DNA from: an uncultured Thermodesulfobacteriota bacterium
GTDB lineage: Bacteria > Desulfobacterota > GWC2-55-46 > JADFVP01
Direction of reading: 5' to 3'
Length of the DNA stretch: 64,000 bases
Assembly: GCA_964567185.1 (NCBI GenBank)
Contig: CAZMKZ010000003.1
Coordinates: 556 to 64,555, forward strand
Position 1 is the stretch's first letter. Every line of letters begins with the position of its first letter. Both the position numbers and the translations under genes were made by a program. The notes beneath the pieces are model-generated. The model worked only from the letters and a program-made list of their open reading frames with translations. It ran no database searches and was not told where the DNA came from. This document shows, piece by piece, positions 51,985 to 63,282 of the stretch.

Positions 51985-52542
51985 CTAAATCTCCATAATC
52001 TCGGCCTCTTTTCTGGAAAGGGCCTCTTCCACCTTCTTGATATAATTATCCGTCACGGACTGGATATCTTCACAGACCTTCTTATGCTCGTCCTGCGAAA
52101 TTTCCTTATTTTTTTCAAGCTTTTTGGCCTTATCGTTAAACTCCCTGCGTATGTTCCTGATGGAGACCCGGCACTCTTCGGCAAAATTATGGGCTACCTT
52201 GACGAGTTCCCTTCTTCTCTCCTCGGTAAGCTGCGGGATGTTGATGCGTATTATCTTGCCGTCGTTGGATGGGGTGAGACCGAGAACGGAAGAGGTGATG
52301 GCCTTCTCAATGGCCCTTATCTGAGATACGTCCCAAGGTTGAATAATTATAAGCCTGGGCTCGGGCGCGCTCAAGGTAGCCACCTGATTAAGGGGCGTCG
52401 GGGTGCCGTAATAATCCACCATTACAGTGTCAAAGATAGCGACAGAGGCCCGCCCTGTCCTTAAAGATGAAAACTCATGACCAAGCGCCGAAATAGCCCG
52501 CTCCATCTTCTCTTTTATCTCGTTCATGCTGTGCCTGTTCAC
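51985..52542 (-). CDS. frr: Ribosome recycling factor
   Basis: A 185-aa protein with RRF family features (ISALGHEFSSLRTGRA). Confidence 0.9.
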   Translation of the reverse strand: MNRHSMNEIKEKMERAISALGHEFSSLRTGRASVAIFDTVMVDYYGTPTPLNQVATLSAPEPRLIIIQPWDVSQIRAIEKAITSSVLGLTPSNDGKIIRINIPQLTEERRRELVKVAHNFAEECRVSIRNIRREFNDKAKKLEKNKEISQDEHKKVCEDIQSVTDNYIKKVEEALSRKEAEIMEI

Positions 52543-52566
52543 GCTACCTCCGCGAAAAGATTGATT

Positions 52567-53286
52567 TCAGGGCCTTACTACGGTGCCGATATCCTCGCCT
52601 CTGGCGATACGGATAAGGTTGCCGGACCGCTTGATATCAAATACCACTATGGGCATTTTATTATCCATGCAGAGAGAGACGGCCGTTGAGTCCATAACCC
52701 TGAGCCCGAGCTTGATGACATCAAGATAGGTTAGGCTCTCGTATCTAACGGCGGTATTGTCTCCCACAGGGTCCCTGTCATAAACGCCGTCTACCTTGGT
52801 GCCCTTCAGGAGCACATCGGCGTGCATCTCCATGGCGCGAAGGGCCGCGGCCGTATCTGTCGTAAAGTAGGGGTTGCCCGTGCCGGCTCCGAAGATAAGC
52901 ACCCTTCCCTTTTCAAGGTGCCTTATGGCCCTTCTTCTTATGTAGGGCTCGGCCAGCTCCTTCATCTCTATGGCGGATATGACCCTCGTATTCACGCCCG
53001 CTCTCTCAAGGGCGTCCTGAAGCATGAGGGCGTTTATCACGGTGGCGAGCATGCCCACGTAATCGGCCGTGGCCCGTTCCATGCCGCGGGCGCTTGATGA
53101 GACGCCCCTGAAGATGTTTCCGCCGCCGATGACAACGGATACCTCAACACCAAGTCCATGCAGATCGGCTATCTCCGAGGCGATACTCATGACAGTGGCG
53201 TTGTCAATGCCATACTCAAGCCCGCCCATGAGGACCTCACCGGAGAGTTTCAGGAGTATTTTTTTATATTTTAGCGTATCCGGCAT
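52567..53286 (-). CDS. pyrH: UMP kinase
   Basis: [12 protein letters not shown]. The start is probably at MPDTLKY and the ORF track extends to 53382. Confidence 0.9.
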   Translation of the reverse strand: MPDTLKYKKILLKLSGEVLMGGLEYGIDNATVMSIASEIADLHGLGVEVSVVIGGGNIFRGVSSSARGMERATADYVGMLATVINALMLQDALERAGVNTRVISAIEMKELAEPYIRRRAIRHLEKGRVLIFGAGTGNPYFTTDTAAALRAMEMHADVLLKGTKVDGVYDRDPVGDNTAVRYESLTYLDVIKLGLRVMDSTAVSLCMDNKMPIVVFDIKRSGNLIRIARGEDIGTVVRP

Positions 53287-53457
53287 GATCTCCAAGGGTA
53301 AAAACGCAGGATATGACCTGTTTCTTTTAAGATGACGGATATGACCGGCAATCAGGGTTGAAGGCCCCCGGCGTGAATACATCCATATATAGATAGAATG
53401 CCCCCACTATCCATAAGCGCCGGGGGCCGTAAGGCGGCAGATAATCCGTGGAAAGGC

Positions 53458-54105
53458 TCAGGCCTGAAGGGCCTCAACTTCTTTAAGAAAGTCGTCTTCT
53501 TTTTTCTCCAGCCCCTCACCTACCTTGAATCTGACAAAGCGCCTTACGGAGATGTTCTCCCCTATCCTGGCGACGTTCTCTACTATAAGCTTTTCAACGG
53601 TCTTATCAGTGTCCTTTACAAAGGGCTGCTCAAGCAGGCATATGCCTTTCAAAAACTTGTCCAGCTTGCCCTCTACTATCTTATCCACCACGTGATCCGG
53701 TTTGCCTGATTCTTTGGCCTGATTAACGTATATGGCCCTCTCGGCCTCGATAATATCGGCAGGGACCTCGGAGCGCCTGATGTAGGCAGGCCCCATGGCC
53801 GCTATATGCATGGCTATGTCCTTAACAAGACCGATAAAGTCCTCGTTTCTGGCCACAAAATCCGTCTCGCAGTTAACCTCAAGCAGAACGCCGAGTTTGC
53901 CGCCGGCGTGGATATAGGAGTATACGATACCCTCTGATGTAACCCTGCCGGATTTTTTTTCCGCCGCGGATAGCCCCTTTTCTCTCAGAAAGACCACGGC
54001 TTTTTCTATATCACCGGCGGTCTCGGTAAGGGCCTTTTTGCAGTCCATGAAACCGGCGCCTGTTTTTTCTCTCAGCTCTTTAACTGTTTTTGCCGAAATT
54101 CCCAT
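53458..54105 (-). CDS. tsf: Elongation factor Ts
   Basis: VKELREKTGAGFMDCKKAL UBA-like N-terminus. Confidence 0.9.
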   Translation of the reverse strand: MGISAKTVKELREKTGAGFMDCKKALTETAGDIEKAVVFLREKGLSAAEKKSGRVTSEGIVYSYIHAGGKLGVLLEVNCETDFVARNEDFIGLVKDIAMHIAAMGPAYIRRSEVPADIIEAERAIYVNQAKESGKPDHVVDKIVEGKLDKFLKGICLLEQPFVKDTDKTVEKLIVENVARIGENISVRRFVRFKVGEGLEKKEDDFLKEVEALQA

Positions 54106-54214
54106 TTATATCTCTCTCCAGTAATTTTTTATATATGCCTGCTATGCCTCATGCATTGCTGTGACCCCTCGGGTCCCATCCCTGCATGGAGACAAGAGCG
54201 CGGCGTCTCATCCC

Positions 54215-55135
54215 TTATGATGCAGGCTCTTCCGCCTCATCCTTCGGAGCCGCGGCCTCCTTTACGGGAGCCTCCGCGGGAGCGGCCTCAACCGCCTTCT
54301 CTTCCGGAGCGGCTTTGGCCCCGGCAGCCGTGCCCGTGACGGCCTTTACCTCAGCCCCTTTATCATCCCCAACAGGGCTCTGCGCTTTTGCGGCCTCTTT
54401 TGCGGCCTCTTTTGCGGCCGCCTCATCTGCGGCGCTCTGAAGGCTTGCCTCATACATGGCCTTTCCCTCAAGGCAGGCATCTGCCACAGACGAAGAAAAG
54501 AGCTTGATGGCCCGTATGGCATCGTCATTACCGGGGATAACCATGTCCACTTCGTCGGGGTCGCAGTTCGAGTCCACAATGGCCACAACGGTTATGCCGA
54601 GTTTACGCGCTTCTTTTATGGCTATGGACTCTTTTTTCGAGTCCACTACAAACATTACGGAGGGCGGGGCCTTCATCTCCCTCACACCGCCGAGATATTT
54701 TTCAAGCCTGAGCTTCTCTCTTTCGAGCATGAGGCGCTCTTTTTTGGTGGTACTGGCAAAGTCCTCGTTCTCCTCAAGATTATCGAGCTTGTTAAGGCGT
54801 GCTATGCTCTTTTTAACTGTGGCGAAGTTTGTGAGAAAACCACCTATCCACCTGTTGTTCACATAAAACATGCCGCACCGGCGCGCCTCTTCCTCAATGG
54901 ATTTGTGGGCCTGCTTCTTTGTGCCCACAAAGAGGACCTTGCCGCCCTTGGCCGATATGTCGCGGATATAATTGTATGATGTCTTGAAGAGTCTTACGGT
55001 CTGCTGAAGGTCGATTATGTAGATACCGTTTCTGGCCCCGAAGATATAGGTCTTCATCTTGGGGTTCCATCTCCTCGTCTGGTGTCCGAAGTGGACGCCG
55101 CTTTCGAGAAGCTGTTTCATCGTGAGATAAGCCAT
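54215..55135 (-). CDS. rpsB: 30S ribosomal protein S2 with an Ala/Glu/Lys-rich C-terminal extension
   Basis: [27 protein letters not shown]. The low-complexity tail is [12 protein letters not shown]...[12 protein letters not shown]. The start is probably at 55135 and the ORF track extends to 55201. Confidence 0.9.
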   Translation of the reverse strand: MAYLTMKQLLESGVHFGHQTRRWNPKMKTYIFGARNGIYIIDLQQTVRLFKTSYNYIRDISAKGGKVLFVGTKKQAHKSIEEEARRCGMFYVNNRWIGGFLTNFATVKKSIARLNKLDNLEENEDFASTTKKERLMLEREKLRLEKYLGGVREMKAPPSVMFVVDSKKESIAIKEARKLGITVVAIVDSNCDPDEVDMVIPGNDDAIRAIKLFSSSVADACLEGKAMYEASLQSAADEAAAKEAAKEAAKAQSPVGDDKGAEVKAVTGTAAGAKAAPEEKAVEAAPAEAPVKEAAAPKDEAEEPAS

Positions 55136-55323
55136 GGTGTTCCTCCTTTTGCGGTTAATAACCTCCGCGCCGGTGTGTGTGACCCGCCTGTGGGCGGACA
55201 CCGCAAAAAACCGTACGGCGCGTGTGTATTTAATCGTGTATTATTATCACATCCTTACAGGGGCTTGCAAGAAGTTTTTTCCAGAGGCGGGGCCCGCGAG
55301 AAATCGGAAAGTAAAGGCGGGGC

Positions 55324-55959
55324 TCAACGCTCACCGGCCTTTAAAGGCCACTCAAGTACAACCTCTCCAAGGACGCTTGAGATAGTGAGCTTGAGGTAAG
55401 TGGAATCCTCTGCAGGAACAGGCGCCTTACCGGGCTCTGGGTAACGGGGGAAACGAAGCACATAGGCCGTACTCCACAGGTCGATATAGGGGAAAAACGC
55501 GCCTCTTACCGGATCGGCCCTGTCCACCTTGAGTATGGAAAGGGGTTCGCACCTTCTGCCGCTGCTGTCTGAAAGATATATCTTCCATGGAGATTTTTTA
55601 GAGTCCAGGTTATTCAGGCGCGCCTCGGAGGTATGGACAGATATAAGAAACTCGCTGTATTGGGCCTCTTCGGTCTTGTCTTTTGCCATCAGGCGGGACT
55701 TTTCCGTATCGCTGAGGCCGAAGCTCCTGGCGTAATAATCGCTGTACGCACTCTTGAAGGATGGACCGCGGTATGTGGCGACCACACTGAGCCTCTCTTC
55801 AAGACTGCTGTATACCTTTGCCTCGCGCGTCCACCTGCGCAGCTCATCGTTATAGCGGCCCCTGGATACTGCAATGGGTCCCGCGCAGGAATATGCCGTC
55901 ATGGAGGCAAGGACAAGGATCAGCAGATATGCTAATCCCGCGCCGGGGCTGCGTTTCAT
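55324..55959 (-). CDS. Hypothetical secreted protein / lipoprotein
   Basis: Signal peptide ending in a Cys (MTAYSCAG) and no recognised domain. Confidence 0.4.
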   Translation of the reverse strand: MKRSPGAGLAYLLILVLASMTAYSCAGPIAVSRGRYNDELRRWTREAKVYSSLEERLSVVATYRGPSFKSAYSDYYARSFGLSDTEKSRLMAKDKTEEAQYSEFLISVHTSEARLNNLDSKKSPWKIYLSDSSGRRCEPLSILKVDRADPVRGAFFPYIDLWSTAYVLRFPRYPEPGKAPVPAEDSTYLKLTISSVLGEVVLEWPLKAGER

Positions 55960-55992
55960 TCTGCGCCTCTCTCTATCATCATGGAAACCGGC

Positions 55993-56916
55993 CTACTCCG
56001 CAAGACGAAAGCCTATGAGAGGAGATCTGAGGTTGGTCTCCTTGCCATGGCGGTAGGTGGTGCGGAGCTTATGGGCTTCATCGTAAACAGAGCCGCCCCT
56101 TATGGTGCGCCAGTCGGAAAAATCAGGGCCATAGGGGTCCTCCTGCACGCTGTTCTTGTAATAATCAAAGTCAAAGTTGTCCTCGACCCACTCCCAGACA
56201 TTGCCCGTCATGTCATAGATGCCCAGCGAATTTGGTCTCTTCTGCCTGCCCTGATGGACCTTGCCGTCGGAGTTATAGGCGAACCAGCCGTAATCCGCTA
56301 TATCGTCTTCATTGTCAGTGCCGGACCACCTTATATTCTTGCCCCTCTCACGGGCGGCGTACTCCCACTCCGCCTCTGTGGGTAGGCGGTAAAAGCCATC
56401 CACCAGGTTGTTAAGATTCTCAATAAAACGGTTTACCCAGTTCCAGCTGATGTTGGTTAGAGGCATCTTGGGGTCTGCGCCCTCCATAAAATTAAAACCC
56501 ATGACGGACTTCCAGAGTCCGTTAGTGACCTCAACTTCGCCGATGTAATAATCGGAGAGGCAAACCTTGTGGACGGGCCGTTCATCTTCATCGCCGCTGC
56601 CCGTGAAGTCTCCCATATCAAAGCACCCCCCCTCCACATAGACCATCTTTATGGGAGGCATGTTCTTTCTTCTCTCTTCAATCTCTTTTTTCTTCTTTTC
56701 CTCGTTGAACTTGATTCTCTCGGCCCTGGTCATGGGCCTCTCAAGATCCGGTTTGCCCTCTGCGTCCTTTTTTACGGGTTTGGCGGACTCAGCAGGTTTG
56801 GCATCTGCGGCCAGGGCATAATTAGAGGAAAATAAAAAGGGCGATAAGATGACAAGGGCAAAGAGCAGAAAAAACAACCTCTTCATAGGATACCTCCAGG
56901 GAATAAATTGATACAA
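55993..56916 (-). CDS. Formylglycine-generating-enzyme (SUMF1/FGE-sulfatase) family protein with a Lys/Glu-rich N-terminal linker
   Basis: C-terminal RGGSVYDEAHKLRTTYRHG and the WEWV pattern typical of the SUMF1 fold. Signal peptide present. Confidence 0.7.
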   Translation of the reverse strand: MYQFIPWRYPMKRLFFLLFALVILSPFLFSSNYALAADAKPAESAKPVKKDAEGKPDLERPMTRAERIKFNEEKKKKEIEERRKNMPPIKMVYVEGGCFDMGDFTGSGDEDERPVHKVCLSDYYIGEVEVTNGLWKSVMGFNFMEGADPKMPLTNISWNWVNRFIENLNNLVDGFYRLPTEAEWEYAARERGKNIRWSGTDNEDDIADYGWFAYNSDGKVHQGRQKRPNSLGIYDMTGNVWEWVEDNFDFDYYKNSVQEDPYGPDFSDWRTIRGGSVYDEAHKLRTTYRHGKETNLRSPLIGFRLAE

Positions 56917-56938
56917 AAGCTGTTGCGACTTAAAATAT

Positions 56939-58351
56939 CTACTTAAAGAGCACTAATTGCGGGGCCTTTACTTCATCCTCGATCTTTACGGGGTATTTTC
57001 CCGTAAAGCAGGCGTCGCAAAACCCCTTGTCCTCGCCCACGGCCCTGTACAGGCCCTCAAGACTGAGATAACTCAACGAGTCGGATGTGATATAGCTGTT
57101 TATCTCCTCCACCCTGTGACTCGAGGCTATGAGCTCTTCTTTGGTGGGCGTGTCTATGCCGTAAAAGCAGGGCGAAATGCTTGGCGGCGAGCTTATCCGA
57201 AGATGAACCTCTTTGGCGCGCGCGTCCCTTATCATCTTTACTATCTTTCTGCTTGTTGTGCCCCGCACGATAGAGTCGTCCACAACGACGACCCTTTTGC
57301 CCTTCAAGACCTCCTTTACGGCGTTCAGTTTGAGCTTGACGCCGAAGTGCCGGATGGAATCCTGCGGTTCGATGAAGGTCCTGCCCATGTAATGACTCCT
57401 TACAATGCCTTTCTCAAAGGGTATGCCTGACTGCTCGGCATAGCCGATGGCCGCAGGGACGCCCGAGTCGGGCACGGGGATGACGATATCCGCCTCAACG
57501 GGGTTCTCAATGGCTAGGATACGTCCGAAGTTCTTTCGCACCGCGTAGACGCTTTTACCGAAGATATAGGAATCGGGACGGGCAAAATATATCATCTCGA
57601 AGATACATTGTCTCGGCTCCTGCGGGGCAAAGGGCTTGAAGGAGCGGAGCCCCTTCTTATCCATGATGATTATCTCGCCGGGCTCCACGTCCCTTATGTA
57701 TGTGGCCTCAATGAGGTCCAGGGCGCAGGTCTCGGAGGCCACAACAATGGCGTCCCGCAGTCTGCCGAGGCAGAGCGGCCTGAAGCCCGATGGGTCCCGC
57801 GCGGCCACCATGGTGCCCTGGTCCGTTAGGAATACAAGGGAAAATGCCCCCTTCAGCTTGCCAAGGGCATAGGTTATCCTGTCAATGAGGTAACGCTCCT
57901 TGCACGAGGATATAAGGTGGACTATGGTCTCCGTGTCCATGCCTGACTGGAATATGGAGCCATGGGCCTCGAACTCGGCCCGTATGAGAAAGGAATTTAC
58001 GATATTGCCGTTGTGCGCCACGGCTATTCCGCCGCGCGCGTACTCGACGACAAAGGGCTGGGCGTTCTTTATATGGCTCTCTCCGGCCGTGGAGTACCGC
58101 ACATGGCCTATGGCCGAAGAGCCGGTCAGGTTCTTTATGCTATCGTTGTCAAATACATCGGCCACAAGGCCCATGCCCTTGTGGGAGTAGAGGCGGTAGC
58201 CGTCGCTTGAAGCGATGCCCGCGCTCTCCTGCCCCCTGTGCTGAAGGCCGTATAGCCCGAGGTATGTAAGATTAGCGGCCTCTGCGTGGCCGTATACACC
58301 GAAAACGCCGCACTCGTCATGAAAACGGTCTTCCCTAAAAGCGCTATCCAT
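56939..58351 (-). CDS. purF: Amidophosphoribosyltransferase
   Basis: N-terminal nucleophile ECGVFGV, glutamine amidotransferase class II and PRTase domains. Confidence 0.9.
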   Translation of the reverse strand: MDSAFREDRFHDECGVFGVYGHAEAANLTYLGLYGLQHRGQESAGIASSDGYRLYSHKGMGLVADVFDNDSIKNLTGSSAIGHVRYSTAGESHIKNAQPFVVEYARGGIAVAHNGNIVNSFLIRAEFEAHGSIFQSGMDTETIVHLISSCKERYLIDRITYALGKLKGAFSLVFLTDQGTMVAARDPSGFRPLCLGRLRDAIVVASETCALDLIEATYIRDVEPGEIIIMDKKGLRSFKPFAPQEPRQCIFEMIYFARPDSYIFGKSVYAVRKNFGRILAIENPVEADIVIPVPDSGVPAAIGYAEQSGIPFEKGIVRSHYMGRTFIEPQDSIRHFGVKLKLNAVKEVLKGKRVVVVDDSIVRGTTSRKIVKMIRDARAKEVHLRISSPPSISPCFYGIDTPTKEELIASSHRVEEINSYITSDSLSYLSLEGLYRAVGEDKGFCDACFTGKYPVKIEDEVKAPQLVLFK

Positions 58352-58476
58352 TGGTATTTACCTTATCTTTTTTATGTAACCAGCTGAACTCTCAAGTTAA
58401 AAACCATGCGTAGACCAATATAAAATATATTACGTTGAGTAAGGGTGTGTATAACGCCCCCCCTCTTTCATGCGGC

Positions 58477-60696
58477 TCAGGCCTCCACTTTCGCCTCAAT
58501 ACGGCTTTTAAGCGAGGTCCTGTATGCCTCATGCAGGTCATTAAGGGAGACTTCCACAAGGCCCCTGATCCTGAAGCCGTCATTAACGGTGCGTCCTATT
58601 ATCTCAACGGGCAGACCCTTTGAGGCGCATATCTCTTCAAGGGCCTTAAGGTCTTTCTCTTCCAGAGAGACCACTACCCTTGACTGCGTCTCGCCAAAGA
58701 GCAGTTCATCGGGCCGGAGGGTCTGCAGTGCCCCAAGGGCAACATCCACGCCCACACTCCCGGCGGGGTTAAGGGCGCACTCTGCAAGGGCCACGGCAAC
58801 ACCGCCGTCTGAGCAATCATGTGCAGATAATATTATACCAGCCTTTATCGCCTCCAGACAAGCCTCGTGAAGGGATTTTTCTCTATCAAGGTCCACGACC
58901 GGCCCCGGCCCCTGCTCCTTGCCATGAAAGAGCCTCAGGTACTCCGTGCCGCCAAGCCCGGGCCGTGTCTCTCCCAAAAGCGCTATTACGTGGCCCTCTT
59001 CGCGAAACCACTGCCTTGTAATAAGGGCAGTATCCTCAATAAGACCGAGCATGCCGATGGTGGGCGTGGGGAAAACGCCCCTGCCGCTTGTCTCGTTATA
59101 AAAGCTCACGTTGCCGCCGATTACGGGCACGTTGAGGGCCAGGCAGGCGGCCTTTATGCCGGCCACGGCCTCAACAAACTGCCACATGACCTCCGGCCTT
59201 TCGGGGTTGCCGAAATTCAGGCAATCGGTGAGGGCAAGGGGTGTGGCTCCGGAACAGACAAGGTTTCTTGCGGCCTCGGCAACTGCGGCCCCGGCCCCGG
59301 ACTTAGGGTCGAGATAACAGTACAGGGGGTTGCAGTCCACGGTGAGGGCAATGGCCCTCTTGGTGCCCTTTATCCTCACAACGGCGGCGTCCGAGCCCGG
59401 CTCCACAACGGTGTCTGTGCGCACCATGTAGTCAAACTGAGAGTAGATAAACTCACGGCTTGAGATATTGGTTGAGGCGACCAGCCTTAAAAAGACCTCG
59501 TTATAATCATCGGGTAAGGCTATGGAGTCCATATCAAGGGACTGGAGCCCATCTTGCCACTCGGGCCTCTTTGCGGGCCTGTCATAACGGGGGGCGCTAT
59601 CGGTAAGGATAGTTACCGGTATCTCAGCCGCCACCTCTCCGCCCTCTATTATCCTGACGTCCTTCTCCTCAATGACCCTGCCCACTACCTCGCAGTCAAG
59701 GTCCCATTTGGTGAATATGGCCTTGACCTTGTCTTCCATGCCCTTTTTCGCCACTATGAGCATCCTCTCCTGCGACTCGGAGAGCAGTATCTCGTAAGCG
59801 GTCATGCCCAACTCGCGTTGCGGCACGGCGTCCATGTCTATCTCAATACCGGCCCCCCCGCGTGAGGCCATCTCCACGCTTGAAGATGTGAGCCCTGCGG
59901 CGCCCATGTCCTGAATGCCCACGATATAGTCCTTTTTGAAGAGGTCAAGACAGGCCTCAAGGAGGAGTTTTTCCCTGAAAGGGTCGCCTACCTGCACCGT
60001 GGGACGCCGTTCCTCTCCGCCTTCGCCGAAGACATCGGAGGCCATGGTGGCCCCGTGTATGCCGTCCCTGCCCGTCTTTGAGCCTACGTATATAACGGGG
60101 TTGCCAATGCCCGAAGCCGTGCCCTTGAAAATTTTATCGCTCTTTACTATACCGGCGGTCATTACGTTGACAAGGCAGTTTCCGGCGTATGAATCATTGA
60201 AATACACGGCCCCGCCCACGGTGGGCACGCCCATACAGTTGCCGTAACCGGCTATGCCGGCGACAACGCCGTCGACAAGGTATGAGGTTTTTTTGTTCTC
60301 AAATGAGCCGAAAAAAAGTGAGTTGAGGTTTGCCACGGGCCTTGCCCCCATGGTGAAGACATCCCGCATTATGCCGCCGACTCCCGTTGCCGCGCCCTGA
60401 TAGGGCTCTATGAAAGAGGGATGGTTGTGGCTCTCCATCTTGAATACGCAGGCCAGCCCCTCTCCGATATCCACCACTCCGGCGTTCTCGCCGGGGCCCT
60501 CTATTACCTGCGGGCCTTCCGTGGGAAAGCCCTTCAGGTGAACTCGTGATGATTTATACGAGCAGTGCTCACTCCACATGACGGAAAAAATCCCAAGCTC
60601 CACAAAGTTGGGCTCCCTGCCGAGCTCACTGACAAGACGCTCATATTCCTCGGGGCTGAGGCCGTGTTCGGCAATTATCTCTTCTGTTATTTCCAT
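58477..60696 (-). CDS. purL: Phosphoribosylformylglycinamidine synthase subunit PurL
   Basis: A 739-aa protein with duplicated AIRS-like domains. Confidence 0.9.
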   Translation of the reverse strand: MEITEEIIAEHGLSPEEYERLVSELGREPNFVELGIFSVMWSEHCSYKSSRVHLKGFPTEGPQVIEGPGENAGVVDIGEGLACVFKMESHNHPSFIEPYQGAATGVGGIMRDVFTMGARPVANLNSLFFGSFENKKTSYLVDGVVAGIAGYGNCMGVPTVGGAVYFNDSYAGNCLVNVMTAGIVKSDKIFKGTASGIGNPVIYVGSKTGRDGIHGATMASDVFGEGGEERRPTVQVGDPFREKLLLEACLDLFKKDYIVGIQDMGAAGLTSSSVEMASRGGAGIEIDMDAVPQRELGMTAYEILLSESQERMLIVAKKGMEDKVKAIFTKWDLDCEVVGRVIEEKDVRIIEGGEVAAEIPVTILTDSAPRYDRPAKRPEWQDGLQSLDMDSIALPDDYNEVFLRLVASTNISSREFIYSQFDYMVRTDTVVEPGSDAAVVRIKGTKRAIALTVDCNPLYCYLDPKSGAGAAVAEAARNLVCSGATPLALTDCLNFGNPERPEVMWQFVEAVAGIKAACLALNVPVIGGNVSFYNETSGRGVFPTPTIGMLGLIEDTALITRQWFREEGHVIALLGETRPGLGGTEYLRLFHGKEQGPGPVVDLDREKSLHEACLEAIKAGIILSAHDCSDGGVAVALAECALNPAGSVGVDVALGALQTLRPDELLFGETQSRVVVSLEEKDLKALEEICASKGLPVEIIGRTVNDGFRIRGLVEVSLNDLHEAYRTSLKSRIEAKVEA

Positions 60697-60766
60697 ATAA
60701 TCAGGCTTCCTTGTTTTTTTAATATATGAGATTAACGAAAATCAGGGTGAAAGGCAAGTCTCCCTT

Positions 60767-61270
60767 TTATTTATCACCGTAAAGAGCGGACGTGCCCGGA
60801 GGGTGCGGCGCGTTAAGGCATTTTTTTGAGTCCATGATAAGCCCTTTTTCGTCATCAAAGGAAAGGAGTTCCATGGCCTCTTCAAGGGAAAACCATCGGC
60901 AGTCCTCAACCTCTCCCCTGTCATAGCCGGAGATATCTCCGCCGAGATGTTCCATGAGAAAAAAATGTACAATCTTGTGGCTTCTACGCAGGCTATCCCC
61001 GTCCTTAAAGTTGAAATCAAAGCTGATGGTGCCGAGTTCGGCGAGTATGGAGCCATTGAGGCCCGTCTCCTCCCTCACCTCTCTCAGGGCCGTTTCACTC
61101 AAAAGCTCACCGTCCTCCTGACGGCCCTTGGGCAGGCCCCAGCGTTTACCGTGCCTTACGGATATAAGGGCCACCTCAAGGCCGCTTGCTACCCGCCTTA
61201 CGATGACTCCTCCCGCTGAGATTTCCTGCTTTACGCTCACAGCGCCCTCATTCGGCAGTGTTATCAGCAC
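60767..61270 (-). CDS. NUDIX hydrolase
   Basis: Nudix box GKRWGLPKGRQEDGELLSETALREVREETG. Confidence 0.8.
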   Translation of the reverse strand: MLITLPNEGAVSVKQEISAGGVIVRRVASGLEVALISVRHGKRWGLPKGRQEDGELLSETALREVREETGLNGSILAELGTISFDFNFKDGDSLRRSHKIVHFFLMEHLGGDISGYDRGEVEDCRWFSLEEAMELLSFDDEKGLIMDSKKCLNAPHPPGTSALYGDK

Positions 61271-62475
61271 ATGGGATATTTACCCTGAAGAAGCTCCTTC
61301 ATCAGGGTATCAATGGACGAAAGCCGCGTTTCCACGATGGAAGTTATCTTACGGAAGGCGGCCTTTTGGTCAAAACCCGTATTTGGTATTACCTGCGCGT
61401 ATACAAGGGCCGGCTCGGCAACGGGCCTGCCGATGCGGCTTACAAGGTAGAGACGGGCCTCTTTTACGGAAAGCTCTGAAGCAAAAATCTCATCGGCCAT
61501 CTTCTGAGCAAGGATGGCGTAAATTTTCCCTACATGGCTGACGGGGTTTTTCCCTGCCGCCGCCTCTGCGGTGGCGCCCCTGTTCATGGCGATGACCCCC
61601 CTGATGGAATTACCGCGCCCCACCTGGCCGGAGTCGCCGTCTTCGGCAGAGGTTCCAAGGAGGCTGAGGTATACGCCCTCTTCACCAAGGCCCGGACTAT
61701 CAAGGCAATTATAATGAAGGGTTACGTCCTTAAAGGGCAAGGCCTCTGTAAACTCATTCAACGCCTTGATTATAGCCTCTTTACGGCCAAAATACTCGGT
61801 TTCATTGCCTATCATATGGGCGAATAAAGGGCAGGCCACGGTAAGGTCAAGAGAGGCGCCCCTGCGTACGCCCATTACCTTTACATCAGTGCCTGTCTCC
61901 GGATACGCCGCCTTGAACTCAGGTGAGTTTATGTGTTGTTCCAGCGTAAAGACGGCCCTCTCCGCAGGGGTAAAAGGGGCGAGCCCCACCACGGCGGAGG
62001 TATCGTTTGACGCGAGGGCGGTGCATGAGGGCTCCCGGAATATACCCGCAAGCTCAGGAGACCCGGGCTGAAGGGCCACTCGAATGGTAATATCCCGCTC
62101 CGTATCAATAGAGGGAAGGTTCTCTTTTATCCACGAAAACGCCGCTCTGCGGGCAATGTCTTCTACGGGTATTTTAATATCCCCTGCAACAAAAGTCGCC
62201 CTGTCGCCGATGATAAGCTCCATGGGAGTTATCACATGGCCCCCGCCAAAGTGCTTGTCCACCTCTCCGGCAACAAGAAGACCCTTGTCGATGTTATGAT
62301 GCAACACACGGCCAGTGCGCTTGATATACTCCCTTGACAGCGCCAGAGATACGGCCTCCATGACGGCGTCGCAGATGGAATCCGGGTGCCCACGGCCCTT
62401 TCTCTCAACTATCTCCACGGCTTGCTCATGGACGGGCGTTGCTGTGAGAGACTCGATTGTGAGGTTGTTCATCAA
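61264..62475 (-). CDS. S-adenosylmethionine synthetase, archaeal type
   Basis: EIVERKGRGHPDSICDAV...HHN and GTSAEDGDSGQVGRGN...GKNPVSHVGKIY closely follow the archaeal methionine adenosyltransferase pattern, not bacterial MetK. Confidence 0.75.
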   Translation of the reverse strand: MMNNLTIESLTATPVHEQAVEIVERKGRGHPDSICDAVMEAVSLALSREYIKRTGRVLHHNIDKGLLVAGEVDKHFGGGHVITPMELIIGDRATFVAGDIKIPVEDIARRAAFSWIKENLPSIDTERDITIRVALQPGSPELAGIFREPSCTALASNDTSAVVGLAPFTPAERAVFTLEQHINSPEFKAAYPETGTDVKVMGVRRGASLDLTVACPLFAHMIGNETEYFGRKEAIIKALNEFTEALPFKDVTLHYNCLDSPGLGEEGVYLSLLGTSAEDGDSGQVGRGNSIRGVIAMNRGATAEAAAGKNPVSHVGKIYAILAQKMADEIFASELSVKEARLYLVSRIGRPVAEPALVYAQVIPNTGFDQKAAFRKITSIVETRLSSIDTLMKELLQGKYPMC

Positions 62476-62604
62476 AATTTACGCATTTTATTTTGTTTTC
62501 TTCCCTGTCTCTTTTATGTAATTGTTTTTATTGGTATGGATGAACAATTTTCGAGTTTCGCTCTAATTCACCCAACCGCAAGGGTTATAATCTTTTCAGC
62601 GTAA

Positions 62605-63258
62605 TCATGCGTGTTTTCTGAGTTTTTTAAGTTCAAGCTCTTCTTGTTCCCTTTTTTCTCTTTTCAGCCTTTTCGCTTCTTTTCTGGCCCTCTTTTCTTC
62701 TTCGCGCTCACGCTTACTGTAAATACAGCCGCAGTATTTTTGCCGGTATAGGCCGAGGCGTTTTGAGTACTCAATGCCCTCTCTCCAACCGGCACGAAAA
62801 TCCTCATAAAAAAAATCCAACCCGTATTTAACGGCAAACTCCCTGCCCGCCCGTTTAATATCCTCATGGTCCTGATAGGTGCTGTAGAGGAGCGAAGAGG
62901 TAAAGGCATCAAAACCAAGCTCAGCGGCCTTCTTCGCCACGGCTTCCAACCGGCTTGAGTAGCAGTACACGCACCGCTCGCCAAAGGCCCGACTGCCCTC
63001 CCCGGCTGACTTTATGCCTTTTATGAATGTGCGGGGTTTGTATTGCTCGTCAAAGATGACTTTTACATCCATGATGGCGGCAAGTTTTTTCGCGGCGTCG
63101 AGGCGTTTTTGAAACTCAGCACGCGGGTGAATATTGGGGTTATGAAAGTAGCCCCAGACCTCAACACCCGTTCCGAGAACGTCCTTTAAAGGCACGATGG
63201 AGCACGGACCGCAACACATATGGACGAGGAGTTTTTTTGTGGGGTTTTGTTTATTCAT
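62605..63258 (-). CDS. queH: Epoxyqueuosine reductase QueH (DUF208)
   Basis: LLVHMCCGPCS plus the CVYCY and CGC Cys motifs. Confidence 0.8.
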   Translation of the reverse strand: MNKQNPTKKLLVHMCCGPCSIVPLKDVLGTGVEVWGYFHNPNIHPRAEFQKRLDAAKKLAAIMDVKVIFDEQYKPRTFIKGIKSAGEGSRAFGERCVYCYSSRLEAVAKKAAELGFDAFTSSLLYSTYQDHEDIKRAGREFAVKYGLDFFYEDFRAGWREGIEYSKRLGLYRQKYCGCIYSKREREEEKRARKEAKRLKREKREQEELELKKLRKHA

Positions 63259-63282
63259 TTTTTAGATTGGTGGAGGGCCACC

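Noticed and set aside
62476-62604. A SAM riboswitch upstream of the SAM synthetase gene.
   Set aside because: No SAM-I, SAM-II or SAM-IV consensus elements are recognisable in the reverse complement of the region.
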